From assembly GCA_963665115.1 (NCBI GenBank), contig OY762007.1:2208001-2272000 (forward strand): 64,000 bases of DNA, in the 5' to 3' direction. Within the stretch, counting starts at the first letter, position 1. Each line of letters begins with the position of its first letter. This stretch comes from an uncultured Rivularia sp. (GTDB taxonomy: Bacteria; Cyanobacteriota; Cyanobacteriia; Cyanobacteriales; Nostocaceae). Below the pieces are notes generated by a model. The model saw only the letters and a program-made list of their open reading frames with translations. It made no database searches and was not told the origin of the DNA. A program made the position numbers and the translations under genes. Shown here in pieces: positions 31,397 through 41,800 of the stretch.

Positions 31397-32614
31397 ATGG
31401 AAAACCGCCTAAAAATCTTTAGAACACAGCACAATTTTTCGCAAGCAGCATTAGCAGAGCGTTTGGGAGTCAGTCGCCAAACGATTAACGCTTTAGAAAA
31501 GGGTAAATATGACCCCAGTCTGCCGCTGGCAATGAAGATTGCTCAGCTTTTTGATTGTGCAATTGAAACAATATTTTTATTTGAACCAAATTTGCAAGAA
31601 GGTTCAAAAGGAGATTCTATGCTTGATAAATTGACAACTAAAGCAGTACAGGTAATAGCACTCGCTCAAGGAAACTTTACATTTGATAAATGGACTCCTC
31701 AAGCAGTGGAAGTAATTCAGCTAGCTCAACAAGAAGCTCGTCATTTAGGACATAATTTTGTTGGTACGGAGCAGGTTTTGCTGGGATTGATTGCAAAAGA
31801 AAGCGGTATTGCGGCTAAAGTTCTGAAATCTGAGGGTGTAACGCTCGATAAAGCTCGTGTCGAAGTAGAGAAAATTATTGGTAAAGGTTCTAGCTTTTTA
31901 GAAATACAAGTACCGTTTACACCAAGAATGAAGCGAGTTTTTAAATTATCTTTGGAGCAAGCGCATCAAGTTGGACATAACTATATTGATACAGAGCATC
32001 TTTTATTAGGTTTGTTACTAGAAGGAGGAGGAGTAGCAATAAGAGTTTTGAAAGTTTTAGGAATTGACATTAATAATCTTCGTCAAAAAGTTTTAGAACA
32101 AGTTGCGTCAGAGAAAATAGAACTCCAGCAAATCATAACTGCTGGAAATCAAGAATTATCAAAGCCAATTGATTTTACATCTGGTGCAATTAGCGCTCGT
32201 TTTGTCAGTCTTTTATCTAGTTTAGTGGAGTTGCATCAATTAGGATATATAGTTACAAATACAGGATTTAAACTATCTAATGGAGATGTAATTGCGCCGC
32301 ATATTTCATTTTATTCCAAAGAAAAACTCAAGCAAGTGCCTAGAATATATCCTGAATTATCACCTGATTTGGTAGTAGAAATTAAATCGGCATTTGAGCA
32401 AGTTAATACCGTAACAAACAAAATATTTCAGTTTTTAGAAATGGGTATAGGTTCGGCTGTTTTAATTAATCCCGATCAGCGTAGTGTAAGTGTTTACATA
32501 AATGAAGGGGATAAGAAAGACTCAGTTAATGTTTTGCAGGATGGAGATAAGCTAAGTTTACCTGAGTTGTTTCCTGATTGGGAGTTGGAAATATCCCAAT
32601 TGTGGGTTACATAG
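31397..32614 (+). CDS. Fusion protein: XRE HTH + Clp N-terminal repeat domain + Uma2-like domain
   Basis: SQAALAERLGVSRQTINALEKGKYDPSL; AQQEARHLGHNFVGTEQVLLGL / GHNYIDTEHLLLGL; PDLVVEIKS...LINP...LPELFP.W. Confidence 0.85.
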   Translation: MENRLKIFRTQHNFSQAALAERLGVSRQTINALEKGKYDPSLPLAMKIAQLFDCAIETIFLFEPNLQEGSKGDSMLDKLTTKAVQVIALAQGNFTFDKWTPQAVEVIQLAQQEARHLGHNFVGTEQVLLGLIAKESGIAAKVLKSEGVTLDKARVEVEKIIGKGSSFLEIQVPFTPRMKRVFKLSLEQAHQVGHNYIDTEHLLLGLLLEGGGVAIRVLKVLGIDINNLRQKVLEQVASEKIELQQIITAGNQELSKPIDFTSGAISARFVSLLSSLVELHQLGYIVTNTGFKLSNGDVIAPHISFYSKEKLKQVPRIYPELSPDLVVEIKSAFEQVNTVTNKIFQFLEMGIGSAVLINPDQRSVSVYINEGDKKDSVNVLQDGDKLSLPELFPDWELEISQLWVT

Positions 32615-32684
32615 TATTTCTGGTTTGCTATAACGGATTGGGAAATACAACCCAATAACTTGCATAACCGAAAAAACAATAACA

Positions 32685-33612
32685 ATGAAATCTTCTGCTG
32701 CTGGAATTGCTTTATTAGCTACCTTGTTTTTATCTCAGGGTTGCTCATCTACCACGAAAACTGAAGATACATCTGAGAATCAACGTCAGGTACAATCTTT
32801 ACCAGATAAAACTTCCCAAACTAAGCAGCCAGAATCAACGTCAACCTCTGGTAAGCAAAACACTGAAGAAAAAAAAGAAAAATTGCAGGCTAGCTCTCAA
32901 TCTCAGAAAAATTCTACAGCTACTCAAGGTAAATTAGACATTCCTGAGAAAATTACACCAAATAAACCCGTTCCCGTTAAGGTTCAAATTCCAGCAACTG
33001 TAGCAAAAGCTAATAATAATGATGCTAAACCCCATCAAATGCAGATGGTTGTTGTGAGCAATGACTTAAGATTTTTCGATTTAGTTCAAGCTAGTTACAA
33101 AAATAATCAAAATATTGAAGTTAAGCCTAAATTTCCGGCTCCAGGTGAATATACCGTTTTTAGCGATTACAATCCATCTGGAGAAAAAGAACAAGTATCT
33201 GTAGAAAAAGTTTCTATTCCCGGTGAAGTTCCATTTCCTACAGAGTTAGAAAGTTATAGCAAAACAAAGACATTCGCCGATACAAAAATAGATTTGAATT
33301 TATCTCAACCTAATATCAAAGCTGGTAAAAAAGTAACTTTAAAGTTTGATTTGAAGCAAGCTAGCAATAACAAACCAATTAAAGACTTAAAACCGTATTT
33401 AGGTCAAAAAGCAAATCTAGTAGTGATCAAAAGTTCCTCTTCCCTGGGAGAAACTGATTATATCGATACTGAAACCATCAAAAAATCACCAAACAACCAG
33501 GTGCATTTTACAACCAAATTTCCCCAACCCGGAAACCTACAAACTTTGGCTGCAATTCAATCGCAACGGTAAAGTAAAAACCGCCGACTTCTGGGTAACG
33601 GTTAACAGTTAA
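32685..33612 (+). CDS. Lipoprotein with two beta-rich domains; +1 frameshift at AAA 33533-33535
   Basis: Lipobox-like LSQGC; FPAPGEYTVF and restored FPQPGTYKLWLQFNRNGKVKTADFWV ending TAA 33612. Confidence 0.75.
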
Positions 33613-33615
33613 CAG

Positions 33616-34569
33616 TTACTTCTTCTCCACGCCACTTGTTTTCAAAACATCGCTCATGGTGTCGCAGTAGTTTGGTAAGTTGAAGGTGCCGGGATTTGTT
33701 ATGTCGTCATAGCTAAAATGGCGATATTGCATACAGAATCTATCCCATGCAGCCATCTGAATGTTGAAGTTTTTAATTATTACATCTGCTAAGGATGGAG
33801 ATAGAGGGATGCGGAAGTGAATCTTTTTGTCCAAATAAGCGCAAATTTGTTCTATTGCTTGATTTGCGGTAATCTTTTCTTGTCCTAATACGTATTTTCT
33901 CGGTTCTTCTGCTTTGGGAGGGTTATCGATCAGATGTTTAACTACGGTAGCAATATCTTTTGCGTGGATGAAGTGAAAACTACCGTCTGCTTTCAAAAAG
34001 CGAATTAAATTAACATATTTCGTTACTTCGGGAATACCGGATGTTATTTGAGATAATGGTTTATTTTCATCACCACCTACAACTAATGTAGGGAACACTT
34101 TGGTTATTTTAGGTGCGATCGCCAGTTTGGAAAATCTCCGCAAGCAATCGAATTTGGAACGAATATAGTCTGTACCTAATTCCCCTGCTTCTTTAAGAGG
34201 TTGATTTTTGCTGTCTAAAACACTAGCTGTAGAGAAATAAATTACCTGTTCGCATTTTTCAACGTCTAACAGATTAAGTAATTCGATTGTTTTAACTACA
34301 TTAATATCAAAAGTTCCCGTACCACCCCAAGCGGTTGCTGTTAACACTGCTACATCTATAGTTTTGAGCAATTCAGCTAAATCCCCGATTTTTTGCATAT
34401 CACCTTGCAAAACATGGATACCGGGACGTACTAAGGTATCAATCTTTAATTTCTCTGGATTTCTTACTAACAAATACAGTTCGTGTTGGGTTTCTTCTAT
34501 CAGTAACTCACTGATGTAATGCCCTATACAGCCACTTGCACCAGTGACTAAAATCCGCTTCTGGTTCAT
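33616..34569 (-). CDS. NAD-dependent epimerase/dehydratase family protein
   Basis: ILVTGASGCIG, YFSTAS, YIRSK. Confidence 0.88.
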   Translation of the reverse strand: MNQKRILVTGASGCIGHYISELLIEETQHELYLLVRNPEKLKIDTLVRPGIHVLQGDMQKIGDLAELLKTIDVAVLTATAWGGTGTFDINVVKTIELLNLLDVEKCEQVIYFSTASVLDSKNQPLKEAGELGTDYIRSKFDCLRRFSKLAIAPKITKVFPTLVVGGDENKPLSQITSGIPEVTKYVNLIRFLKADGSFHFIHAKDIATVVKHLIDNPPKAEEPRKYVLGQEKITANQAIEQICAYLDKKIHFRIPLSPSLADVIIKNFNIQMAAWDRFCMQYRHFSYDDITNPGTFNLPNYCDTMSDVLKTSGVEKK

Positions 34570-34677
34570 AGAATTGTTCTAAATTTTTATTGTTAGATGT
34601 TAGTAGTTATTTTTAACTTTTATACTCACAACTAACAACTACAACCAGATACCAAAAGTGTCGGGATGAAAAAAAGA

Positions 34678-34832
34678 TGGGGGGATGGGGAGATGGGGGG
34701 ATAAGGAGATAGGGAGACAAGGGGACAAGGAGAAAATACAAAGTTAGGAGTTAAGAGTTAGGAGTTAGGATTTTTTTCTACCCCCTCTACCCCCTCTTCC
34801 CCCTCTTCCCCCTCTAACCAATGCCCCATTCC
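34678..34832. repeat. Purine-rich then pyrimidine-rich STRR composite
   Basis: GGGGGAT/GGAGACA/AGGAGTT units followed by CCCCCTCT units. Confidence 0.8.
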
Positions 34833-35909
34833 CTATTTCGCAGCAGTTAAGATTTCGCTTTTAGTCATATCCAACTGTTTGGCGGTTTCAAAGAAGAATG
34901 CAACATTTTCTTCTGGTGTGGTGGGTAAAACACCGTGTCCAAGGTTGAGAATGTGACCCCAATTTCCGGCTTTGCGAACTGTATCGTGAATGCGATCGCG
35001 AATAAATTCTTTGGAACCAAAAAGTACTCCTGGATCGAGATTTCCCTGTACTTTCATTTCTTTACCCAATCTTCGCCGCGCATCTGCCATGTCTACCGTC
35101 CAATCTACGTTGACGATATCGGCTCCGGATTGACTCATTCTTTCTAATAAACCCGCGCTGCCGCTGACTAAAAGAATTAATGGTGTATCTGGATGGGTTT
35201 GCTTTACTTGCTCGAAGACTCTTTTTTGATAAGGTAAAGCGAAGGTTTCGTAATCTTGGGGACTCAATTGACCTGCCCAAGAATCAAACATTTGTACTAT
35301 TTGAGCGCCGCAGTCAATTTGATAGCGGACGTAAGTAGCTATGGAATCGGATAATTTTGCTAGTAGTTGGTGCAGAATGGCTGGTTCTGAAAAAGCCATA
35401 TTTTTAATGATGGAATAGGTTTTTGAACCTTTTCCTTCTACTGCATAAGCTGCTAAAGTCCAAGGCGCACCAACAAAACCCAGTACAGTTGATTGATTGC
35501 CTACTTCGTCTCGCAACGCTTGCAAAATTGTTTTTATAAATGGCAAAGATTCGTCTGGTTGCAAGGGATACAAGCTATCTACTTGTTCTTGAGTGCGAAT
35601 AGGATTTTCAATAATGGGACCTTTTCCTTCGGCAACATCCATATCAATACCGATACCGGGTAAAGGAGTAACGATATCGGAAAAGAGAATTACGCCATCA
35701 GGTTGAAAAGCTTTCCAAGGTTGTAGGGAAACTTCAATTGCCACTTCGGGAATTTCCGAACGCTGGCGAAAAGAAGGGTATTTTTCCCTCAAGTCGCGAT
35801 AAGCTTTCATATATCGTCCAGCTTGTCGCATCATCCATACAGGGGGACGGTTTACAATTTCACCGCGAGCTGCTCGGAGCAAGTGAGGCGTTCCTGAAGT
35901 TACACCCAT
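34833..35909 (-). CDS. hemE: Uroporphyrinogen decarboxylase
   Basis: [37 protein letters not shown]. Confidence 0.97.
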   Translation of the reverse strand: MGVTSGTPHLLRAARGEIVNRPPVWMMRQAGRYMKAYRDLREKYPSFRQRSEIPEVAIEVSLQPWKAFQPDGVILFSDIVTPLPGIGIDMDVAEGKGPIIENPIRTQEQVDSLYPLQPDESLPFIKTILQALRDEVGNQSTVLGFVGAPWTLAAYAVEGKGSKTYSIIKNMAFSEPAILHQLLAKLSDSIATYVRYQIDCGAQIVQMFDSWAGQLSPQDYETFALPYQKRVFEQVKQTHPDTPLILLVSGSAGLLERMSQSGADIVNVDWTVDMADARRRLGKEMKVQGNLDPGVLFGSKEFIRDRIHDTVRKAGNWGHILNLGHGVLPTTPEENVAFFFETAKQLDMTKSEILTAAK

Positions 35910-36482
35910 ATATTAATTCATCCTAAATAACTAATTTATTTAACCTATGATTTATCAGATTATCATTCTTTGATTCTGCTTTTTCGGAATATTTGTTGCA
36001 AAATATTAAGCTGTCAAGCATATGTTTTACAATTCCGAAATTCCGATATTTTTTTTCAAAGTCAACTTTGAGAAGACTTGTAAAATAGAAGATGCTTTAA
36101 TTCTTTTACCCTAGCTAAATGATATTTTTGCGGAATCGTCAATTCATTAGCTGGTGTTGCAGTTATTAACTTGATTTAACAATTAATAACTTATATTAAG
36201 GATTATAATCAATTTTACGTTTTTTGATACTTAATTTAATTAATAAATCTGTATAATTTATAGTTTTTGTAGATAATTATTAGAGTCTTTTAGTATTGAT
36301 TAAATAATTTATTTAAATGAGAATTTATGGTTTTCTGACGGGTCATTTATTGCCAAGGAATAATGATTTTAAACAAATTAGTCATTACGTAACTAGCGAA
36401 TTTCTTTTGTAGCTTGTAGTCTCACGCACCAACCACCAATTGTGACACTTGCTGCCATTCACAATTTTATGATAATCAAAAG

Positions 36483-37193
36483 GTGCTGAAATTGAATAAT
36501 ACTTTTGACAACCTAGTTGTAGTTGGTGCTAGTCGAGGAATAGGTGCTGCTGTAGCAGAGCATTTAGTTTCTCGTACCAATCGACTAATTTCAGTTTCCC
36601 GCTCTGCTCCACCTTTTGGTGAATGGGTAAAAGCGGATATCAGTACAAAGCAGGGAATTGAAATTGTTCGCAATGCTGTAGGTAATTGCGTGCTTGACGG
36701 TTTACTTTATATGGGTGGAACCTGGGAAAACAAAGCATTTACTCAAGGGTATTCTTTTGAAAAATGTTCTGATGAAGATATTGAAAATGTTTTAATGGTA
36801 AATCTTTTAGCTCCAATTCGTTTAACTAAATCTTTGTTACCCACTCTTCGCCAATCTTCCAACCCAAAGATTATATTTATGGGTGCTTTATCTGGACTAG
36901 ATAACTTTCCTGCAAGAGAAGTCGCAAATTCTGCTTCTAAATTTGGGTTGAGGGGTGTAGTTCATGCGCTTCGAGAAGAATTACGTCAAGATAGAATTGC
37001 AGTCACAATTATTAATCCTGGAAATATCGGTACTCCAGAAGTGTTATCCGATTTGAGGGAAGTTGGGAAATCCGAAGAAAACGCAATACCTCTTCAAGAC
37101 ATTTTGCAAGTTATTGACTGCGTACTTTCATTATCTCGTTCAAGCTGTATTAAAGAAATTCAAATTCCAGCTATGAACGGAGAAGGAGCTTGA
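36483..37193 (+). CDS. Short-chain dehydrogenase/reductase (atypical active site)
   Basis: VVGASRGIG, VNL, NSASKFGLRG, INPG. Confidence 0.85.
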   Translation: MLKLNNTFDNLVVVGASRGIGAAVAEHLVSRTNRLISVSRSAPPFGEWVKADISTKQGIEIVRNAVGNCVLDGLLYMGGTWENKAFTQGYSFEKCSDEDIENVLMVNLLAPIRLTKSLLPTLRQSSNPKIIFMGALSGLDNFPAREVANSASKFGLRGVVHALREELRQDRIAVTIINPGNIGTPEVLSDLREVGKSEENAIPLQDILQVIDCVLSLSRSSCIKEIQIPAMNGEGA

Positions 37194-37268
37194 ATTGTTG
37201 TCAAAACAAGAAATATGTGATAGCAAAGTTATATATTAATTAAATCAAAATTAACTAAAAATAATCCG

Positions 37269-37340
37269 TCGTTTTTCCCTAATTTCCGGAAAGGCGATAA
37301 GCCACAATCACCAGAGACGCGGCTGCTGAACCCATGTCTC
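37269..37340 (+). ncRNA. Candidate two-hairpin cis-regulatory RNA upstream of rtcB
   Basis: TCGTTTTTCC/GGAAAGGCGA 10-bp stem (2 G-U); GAGACGCGG/CCATGTCTC stem with CTGCTGAAC loop; GC-rich relative to flanks. Confidence 0.4.
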
Positions 37341-37388
37341 GCTAAAACCTTCACAACAACAAGTTAAAAAAAAGACTTGCAAAAATTC

Positions 37389-38831
37389 ATGCAGCCAAAA
37401 AATTTAAAGCGTCTCTTGCGTGCTTTGTCGCGGCAAGGAATGGAAGTCACTTACAATAATTCAACTTATTCGGTTGGGTTGAGTAATAATACTAATGCCC
37501 CAGTTGCACAAGTTTTATTACCTGAAAGTTTTCCTGTAGAAGCAAAAGCTCTCAAACAGTTAGCGAATCTTGCGAATGTTCGTCATCCTGCGGGTGGCTC
37601 TGTTTGCAAATGTCATGCTACACCGGATTTTCATCCAGGTGATTCCGGAATTGCGATCGGCTCGGTAGTGCAAACTGAAAATATAGTGATTCCTGCGGCA
37701 ACAGGTTCGGATATTAACTGCGGAATGCGTCTGCACGTTGCCGATTTGACTGTCGATCAATTTTTAGCAAAGCGGAATCAATTTGTAGAGTTGATGAAAG
37801 GCGATTACTTTTTCGGTACTCGCGATGTCACCATGTCTGGTAAAGCTATGCAAGCTTTATTTGAATATGGGGTTCCCGGTTGGTTAGATGCGATGTTGGA
37901 TTCAGCTACCGGAAGTGTGGCGAAATCTAATTTAGATCAGTTAGCAGAAGAAAATGACAATATTTTTCTGAATGGCTCGATGGATGGTAATTGGCGACTT
38001 GCACCTCCGGAATTAGTACCCGATGAAGGGTTCGTGCGCGATGGTGGGTTGGCAACTATCGGTGGTGGAAACCATTTTGTAGAAATTCAGCGCGTCGATA
38101 AAATTGAAAATTCGGCTTTGGCTTACGCTTGGGGAATCAAAGAAGGACAACTTGCCTTTATGATTCATTCCGGCTCCCGTCATGTTGGTAAATATATTGG
38201 CGGAATGTGGCGAGATAAGGCTGTTGCGGCTTGGCAACCGGGAGTTAAATATCCTGTTGGAAAAATATTTCCGCTTTCAGTAAATTCTCATCCCGAATTA
38301 GTTGCTGGTTATTTGCAAGCTGAAGCGACTGCTGCAAACTATGGTTTTATCAACCGTTTGCTGTTAGCTGAATTACTGCGTTTGCGGTTACGGGAAGTTT
38401 ATGGAGATGTGGAAGCGCCTTTAATTTACGATTTGCCACACAATATTACATTGCCAGCAACTGAGAAAAGCTGGATAACTCGTAAAGGTGCTTGCCCTGC
38501 CCATCGAGAACAACCCGTAATTATTCCCGGCTCAATGGGTGCTTATTCTTACTTATGCGTCGGAAAAGGTAATAATAATTTTTCTAATTCTGCTTCTCAT
38601 GGTGCCGGAAGATTGCGTAGTCGATTTGACCTCAATCGTGAAGGTGCATTGGAAACTGAGGAAGAATTAGGATTAACCGGAGTTGACTGCATTACTTTGC
38701 GTGAAGAAAGACGGATTGAAGAAGCACCTGCTGCTTATAAACCAATTCAGTCGGTAATTGACGTGCAGGTGGAAGCAGGAATTATTGATGTTGTAGCGCG
38801 GTTGAGTCCAATTTTGACTTTTAAAGCTTAA
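37389..38831 (+). CDS. rtcB: RtcB-family RNA 2',3'-cyclic phosphate/5'-OH ligase
   Basis: PDFHPG, DINCG, GGGNHF, HSGSR, HN, PGSMG, HGAGR, EEAP.AYK. Confidence 0.93.
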   Translation: MQPKNLKRLLRALSRQGMEVTYNNSTYSVGLSNNTNAPVAQVLLPESFPVEAKALKQLANLANVRHPAGGSVCKCHATPDFHPGDSGIAIGSVVQTENIVIPAATGSDINCGMRLHVADLTVDQFLAKRNQFVELMKGDYFFGTRDVTMSGKAMQALFEYGVPGWLDAMLDSATGSVAKSNLDQLAEENDNIFLNGSMDGNWRLAPPELVPDEGFVRDGGLATIGGGNHFVEIQRVDKIENSALAYAWGIKEGQLAFMIHSGSRHVGKYIGGMWRDKAVAAWQPGVKYPVGKIFPLSVNSHPELVAGYLQAEATAANYGFINRLLLAELLRLRLREVYGDVEAPLIYDLPHNITLPATEKSWITRKGACPAHREQPVIIPGSMGAYSYLCVGKGNNNFSNSASHGAGRLRSRFDLNREGALETEEELGLTGVDCITLREERRIEEAPAAYKPIQSVIDVQVEAGIIDVVARLSPILTFKA

Positions 38832-38833
38832 AA

Positions 38834-38900
38834 GGTTTGTAGTAAGTAGCTCTAGACCTTTTATGCCTTGATTTAAGGACTAAAGTCCTTACTACGAACC
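38834..38900. terminator. Repeat-derived long hairpin just after rtcB stop
   Basis: GGTTTGTAGTAAG...CTTACTACGAACC inverted arms. Confidence 0.5.
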
Positions 38901-39134
38901 TTAGTGTATTAAAATACTTGTATCTATTTAAATTTAGATATTAGTGACAGTAACAAATTAAATATATTCTTCCTTACTTTAGTATCTTTAAGCTTATGGC
39001 TACCAGCAATAATTATAGATTTTGCTAACTTAGAACTTGCACAAATTATTGTTTGGATAGCTGCTTTAAGGCATATTTTAATTCAAGGTAGACGCGAGAA
39101 TTCTTATTCATAAATATGGTTTTTTTACGCCCTG

Positions 39135-39230
39135 ACCAACTCCCAACTTTCTACTTTCTACTTTCTACTCCCAACTTTCTACTTTCTACTTTCTACTCCC
39201 TACTCCCTACTCCCTACTCCCTACTCCCTA
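39135..39230. repeat. STRR array (CTACTTT/CTACTCC)n overlapping the stop of the phosphoesterase gene
   Basis: Direct reading. Confidence 0.9.
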
Positions 39231-40086
39231 ATATAAATACCGTTATTTCTGGGCGCGAACCAAATCGTAAATGCAGTTTGGTCATACCTAAACCCCGATT
39301 AGTATATTCAAACATTTTTCCTATCTTATAAAGACCTACATAATATTTTTGACCTAAACCTGGTAATAATGGCGGTTCTAAAAAAGGTAAACGAATTTGT
39401 CCTGCATGAGAATGTCCTGACAATTGCAAATCAAACCGATTTGTTGCAGCACTAGTATCTGCAAAATCTGGCTCGTGTGCGAGTAAAATAGCTGCGCCTT
39501 CTGGAGGTAATTGTTGTAATACTAAATCTAAACGGTCTTTACCCATCCAAACATCATCTACACCCGCAATATTAAGTATGGCATTACCTCTTTTTAGGGT
39601 ATAAACTTTATTATCAAGATTTAGTACATTAGTTTTTTCTAGAACTTCAGCAATTTTGCTTGCATTTGCCCAGTAATCATGATTTCCTAATACTCCTACT
39701 ACCTTATCTGAAGCATTAAGTTGACCTAAAGTAGCCTCTAGTTTAGGAAGAAATTTCATTTGACGACGAGTCACAAAATCTCCTGTAATCGCAATTAAAT
39801 CTGGTTTTTGTTGATTTACAAGCCGGAAGATATGATTTAAACGCCGTTTTTTGCTTTGTTTGTCAACATGAATATCACTGATTTGCACAATCCGATAGCC
39901 ATTGAATTCCGATGCTAAATTTGGTAAATTTAGTCGCACGTAATTGATATCAATCCAGTTAGGTTCAATAAAGTGGGCGTATAATAAAGTGCAAATGATA
40001 GTGGTAAAAATAAATTTTGCTAGTCTTGAGAGGAAAAATTTAGCTCTAAAAAGCAACTTGTGAATTTCCATCCCTACATTTTCCAT
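39214..40086 (-). CDS. YkuE-like metallophosphoesterase
   Basis: SDIH, TGDF, GNHD, HEPD, SGHSHAGQ, RPEI; N-terminal TM. Confidence 0.92.
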   Translation of the reverse strand: MENVGMEIHKLLFRAKFFLSRLAKFIFTTIICTLLYAHFIEPNWIDINYVRLNLPNLASEFNGYRIVQISDIHVDKQSKKRRLNHIFRLVNQQKPDLIAITGDFVTRRQMKFLPKLEATLGQLNASDKVVGVLGNHDYWANASKIAEVLEKTNVLNLDNKVYTLKRGNAILNIAGVDDVWMGKDRLDLVLQQLPPEGAAILLAHEPDFADTSAATNRFDLQLSGHSHAGQIRLPFLEPPLLPGLGQKYYVGLYKIGKMFEYTNRGLGMTKLHLRFGSRPEITVFILGSRE

Positions 40087-40188
40087 TTTTAATAATCAAT
40101 TCCTTAATCTGTAAGTACCAGAATTTTGAATTTGTTTCACCCATATAGTTACAATATTAGTTTGGAGCTTCAGGAGCATCCTTAATTT

Positions 40189-41562
40189 ATGAGTCTTCCT
40201 ATAGTAGCCATTATTGGCCGCCCAAACGTGGGCAAATCAACAATAGTCAATCGTTTAGCAAAACAGCAGTCAGCGATTGTTCACGATGAACCCGGAGTCA
40301 CCCGAGACAGAACTTACCTAAATGCATTTTGGCGCGATCGCGAATTTATGGTGGTTGATACGGGTGGTTTGATCTTTAATGACGATACAGAATTTTTGCC
40401 GTTAATTCGTCAGCAAGCAATGATAGCTTTAGCTGAAGCTAGTGCGGCTATTTTTGTTGTCGATGGACAAACTGGCGCTACACCGGCAGATCAGGAAATT
40501 GCTGAGTGGTTGCGGCTTCAATCGGTTCCCGTATTACTTGCGGTTAACAAATGCGAGTCTCCAGATATGGGATTGGTTCAAGCCGCTGATTTTTGGCAGT
40601 TGGGATTGGGTGAACCTTATCCGATGTCGGGAATTCACGGTAACGGTACGGGAGAGTTATTAGATGAATTAATTAATCATCTTCCTCCAGCTTCAGAAAT
40701 TACCGAAGATGAAGAAATTAAAATTGCCATCATTGGACGACCAAATGTTGGTAAATCAAGTTTACTAAACTCTTTTGCTGGTGAAGAAAGAGCAATTGTT
40801 AGTCCAATTTCCGGTACTACTCGCGATGCGATCGATACTTTTATTAAACAAGACGAACAAGTTTATCGATTAATTGATACGGCTGGGATTAGAAAAAAGA
40901 AAAACATTGATTACGGTACCGAATTTTTTAGTATTAACCGTGCTTTTAAAGCAATTCGTCGTTCGGATGTGGTTTTATTTGTAGTAGATGCCCTTGATGG
41001 TGTTACCGATCAAGATCAGAAATTAGCTGGCAGAATAATTGAAGAAGGTAGAGCTTGTATAACAGTTGTAAACAAATGGGATGCTTACGAAAAAGATTCC
41101 TATAGTGTTTATGACTATCAAAAGTATTTATCAGGTAGACTTCATTTTTCCGAATGGTCGGAAACCATTTTTGTTAGTGCTTTGACAGGACAGCGCGTAC
41201 TCAAAATTCTTGATCTAGTCAAAGAAGCAATTGAACAGCATAGACGGCGGGTAAGTACTTCAGTAATTAACGAAGTTTTAGAAGATGCAGTTCGCTGGCA
41301 TTCACCACCCGCAAGTCGTAGTGGAAAACAAGGAAGAATTTATTACGGAACTCAAGTTACTACCGAACCACCTACCATTGCTTTATTCGTCAACGAAGCC
41401 AAACGTTTCAACGATAATTACCGTCGCTATATCGAACGTCAATTTCGAGAACAATTAGGTTTTAAAGGTACTCCAATTCGTCTTATATGGAGAAGCAAAA
41501 AGGTTCGCGACATGGAAAGTAATGTCAAAGCCAACAGAGCTACTAAAGTTTGGTCAAATTAA
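40189..41562 (+). CDS. der: Ribosome biogenesis GTPase Der (EngA)
   Basis: Two [25 protein letters not shown]-terminal KH-like domain. Confidence 0.98.
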   Translation: MSLPIVAIIGRPNVGKSTIVNRLAKQQSAIVHDEPGVTRDRTYLNAFWRDREFMVVDTGGLIFNDDTEFLPLIRQQAMIALAEASAAIFVVDGQTGATPADQEIAEWLRLQSVPVLLAVNKCESPDMGLVQAADFWQLGLGEPYPMSGIHGNGTGELLDELINHLPPASEITEDEEIKIAIIGRPNVGKSSLLNSFAGEERAIVSPISGTTRDAIDTFIKQDEQVYRLIDTAGIRKKKNIDYGTEFFSINRAFKAIRRSDVVLFVVDALDGVTDQDQKLAGRIIEEGRACITVVNKWDAYEKDSYSVYDYQKYLSGRLHFSEWSETIFVSALTGQRVLKILDLVKEAIEQHRRRVSTSVINEVLEDAVRWHSPPASRSGKQGRIYYGTQVTTEPPTIALFVNEAKRFNDNYRRYIERQFREQLGFKGTPIRLIWRSKKVRDMESNVKANRATKVWSN

Positions 41563-41566
41563 GACA

Positions 41567-41787
41567 GGTTAAAGGTTAAAGGTCAAAGGTTAAAGGTCAA
41601 AGGTCAAAGGTTAAAGGTTAAAGGTTAAAATTTTTAACCCTAATTCCTAACTTATAGCTTCTAACTCCTAACTCCTAACTCCTAACTCCTAACTCATAAC
41701 TCCCTACTCCCTACTTCCTACTCCTAACTCCCTACTCCCTACTCCCTACTCCCTACTCCCTACTCCTAACTCCCTACTCCCTACTCT
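41567..41787. repeat. STRR arrays (AAAGGTY)n, (CTCCTAA)n, (CTCCCTA)n
   Basis: Direct reading. Confidence 0.92.
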
Positions 41788-41800
41788 CAACTATTCTTAA

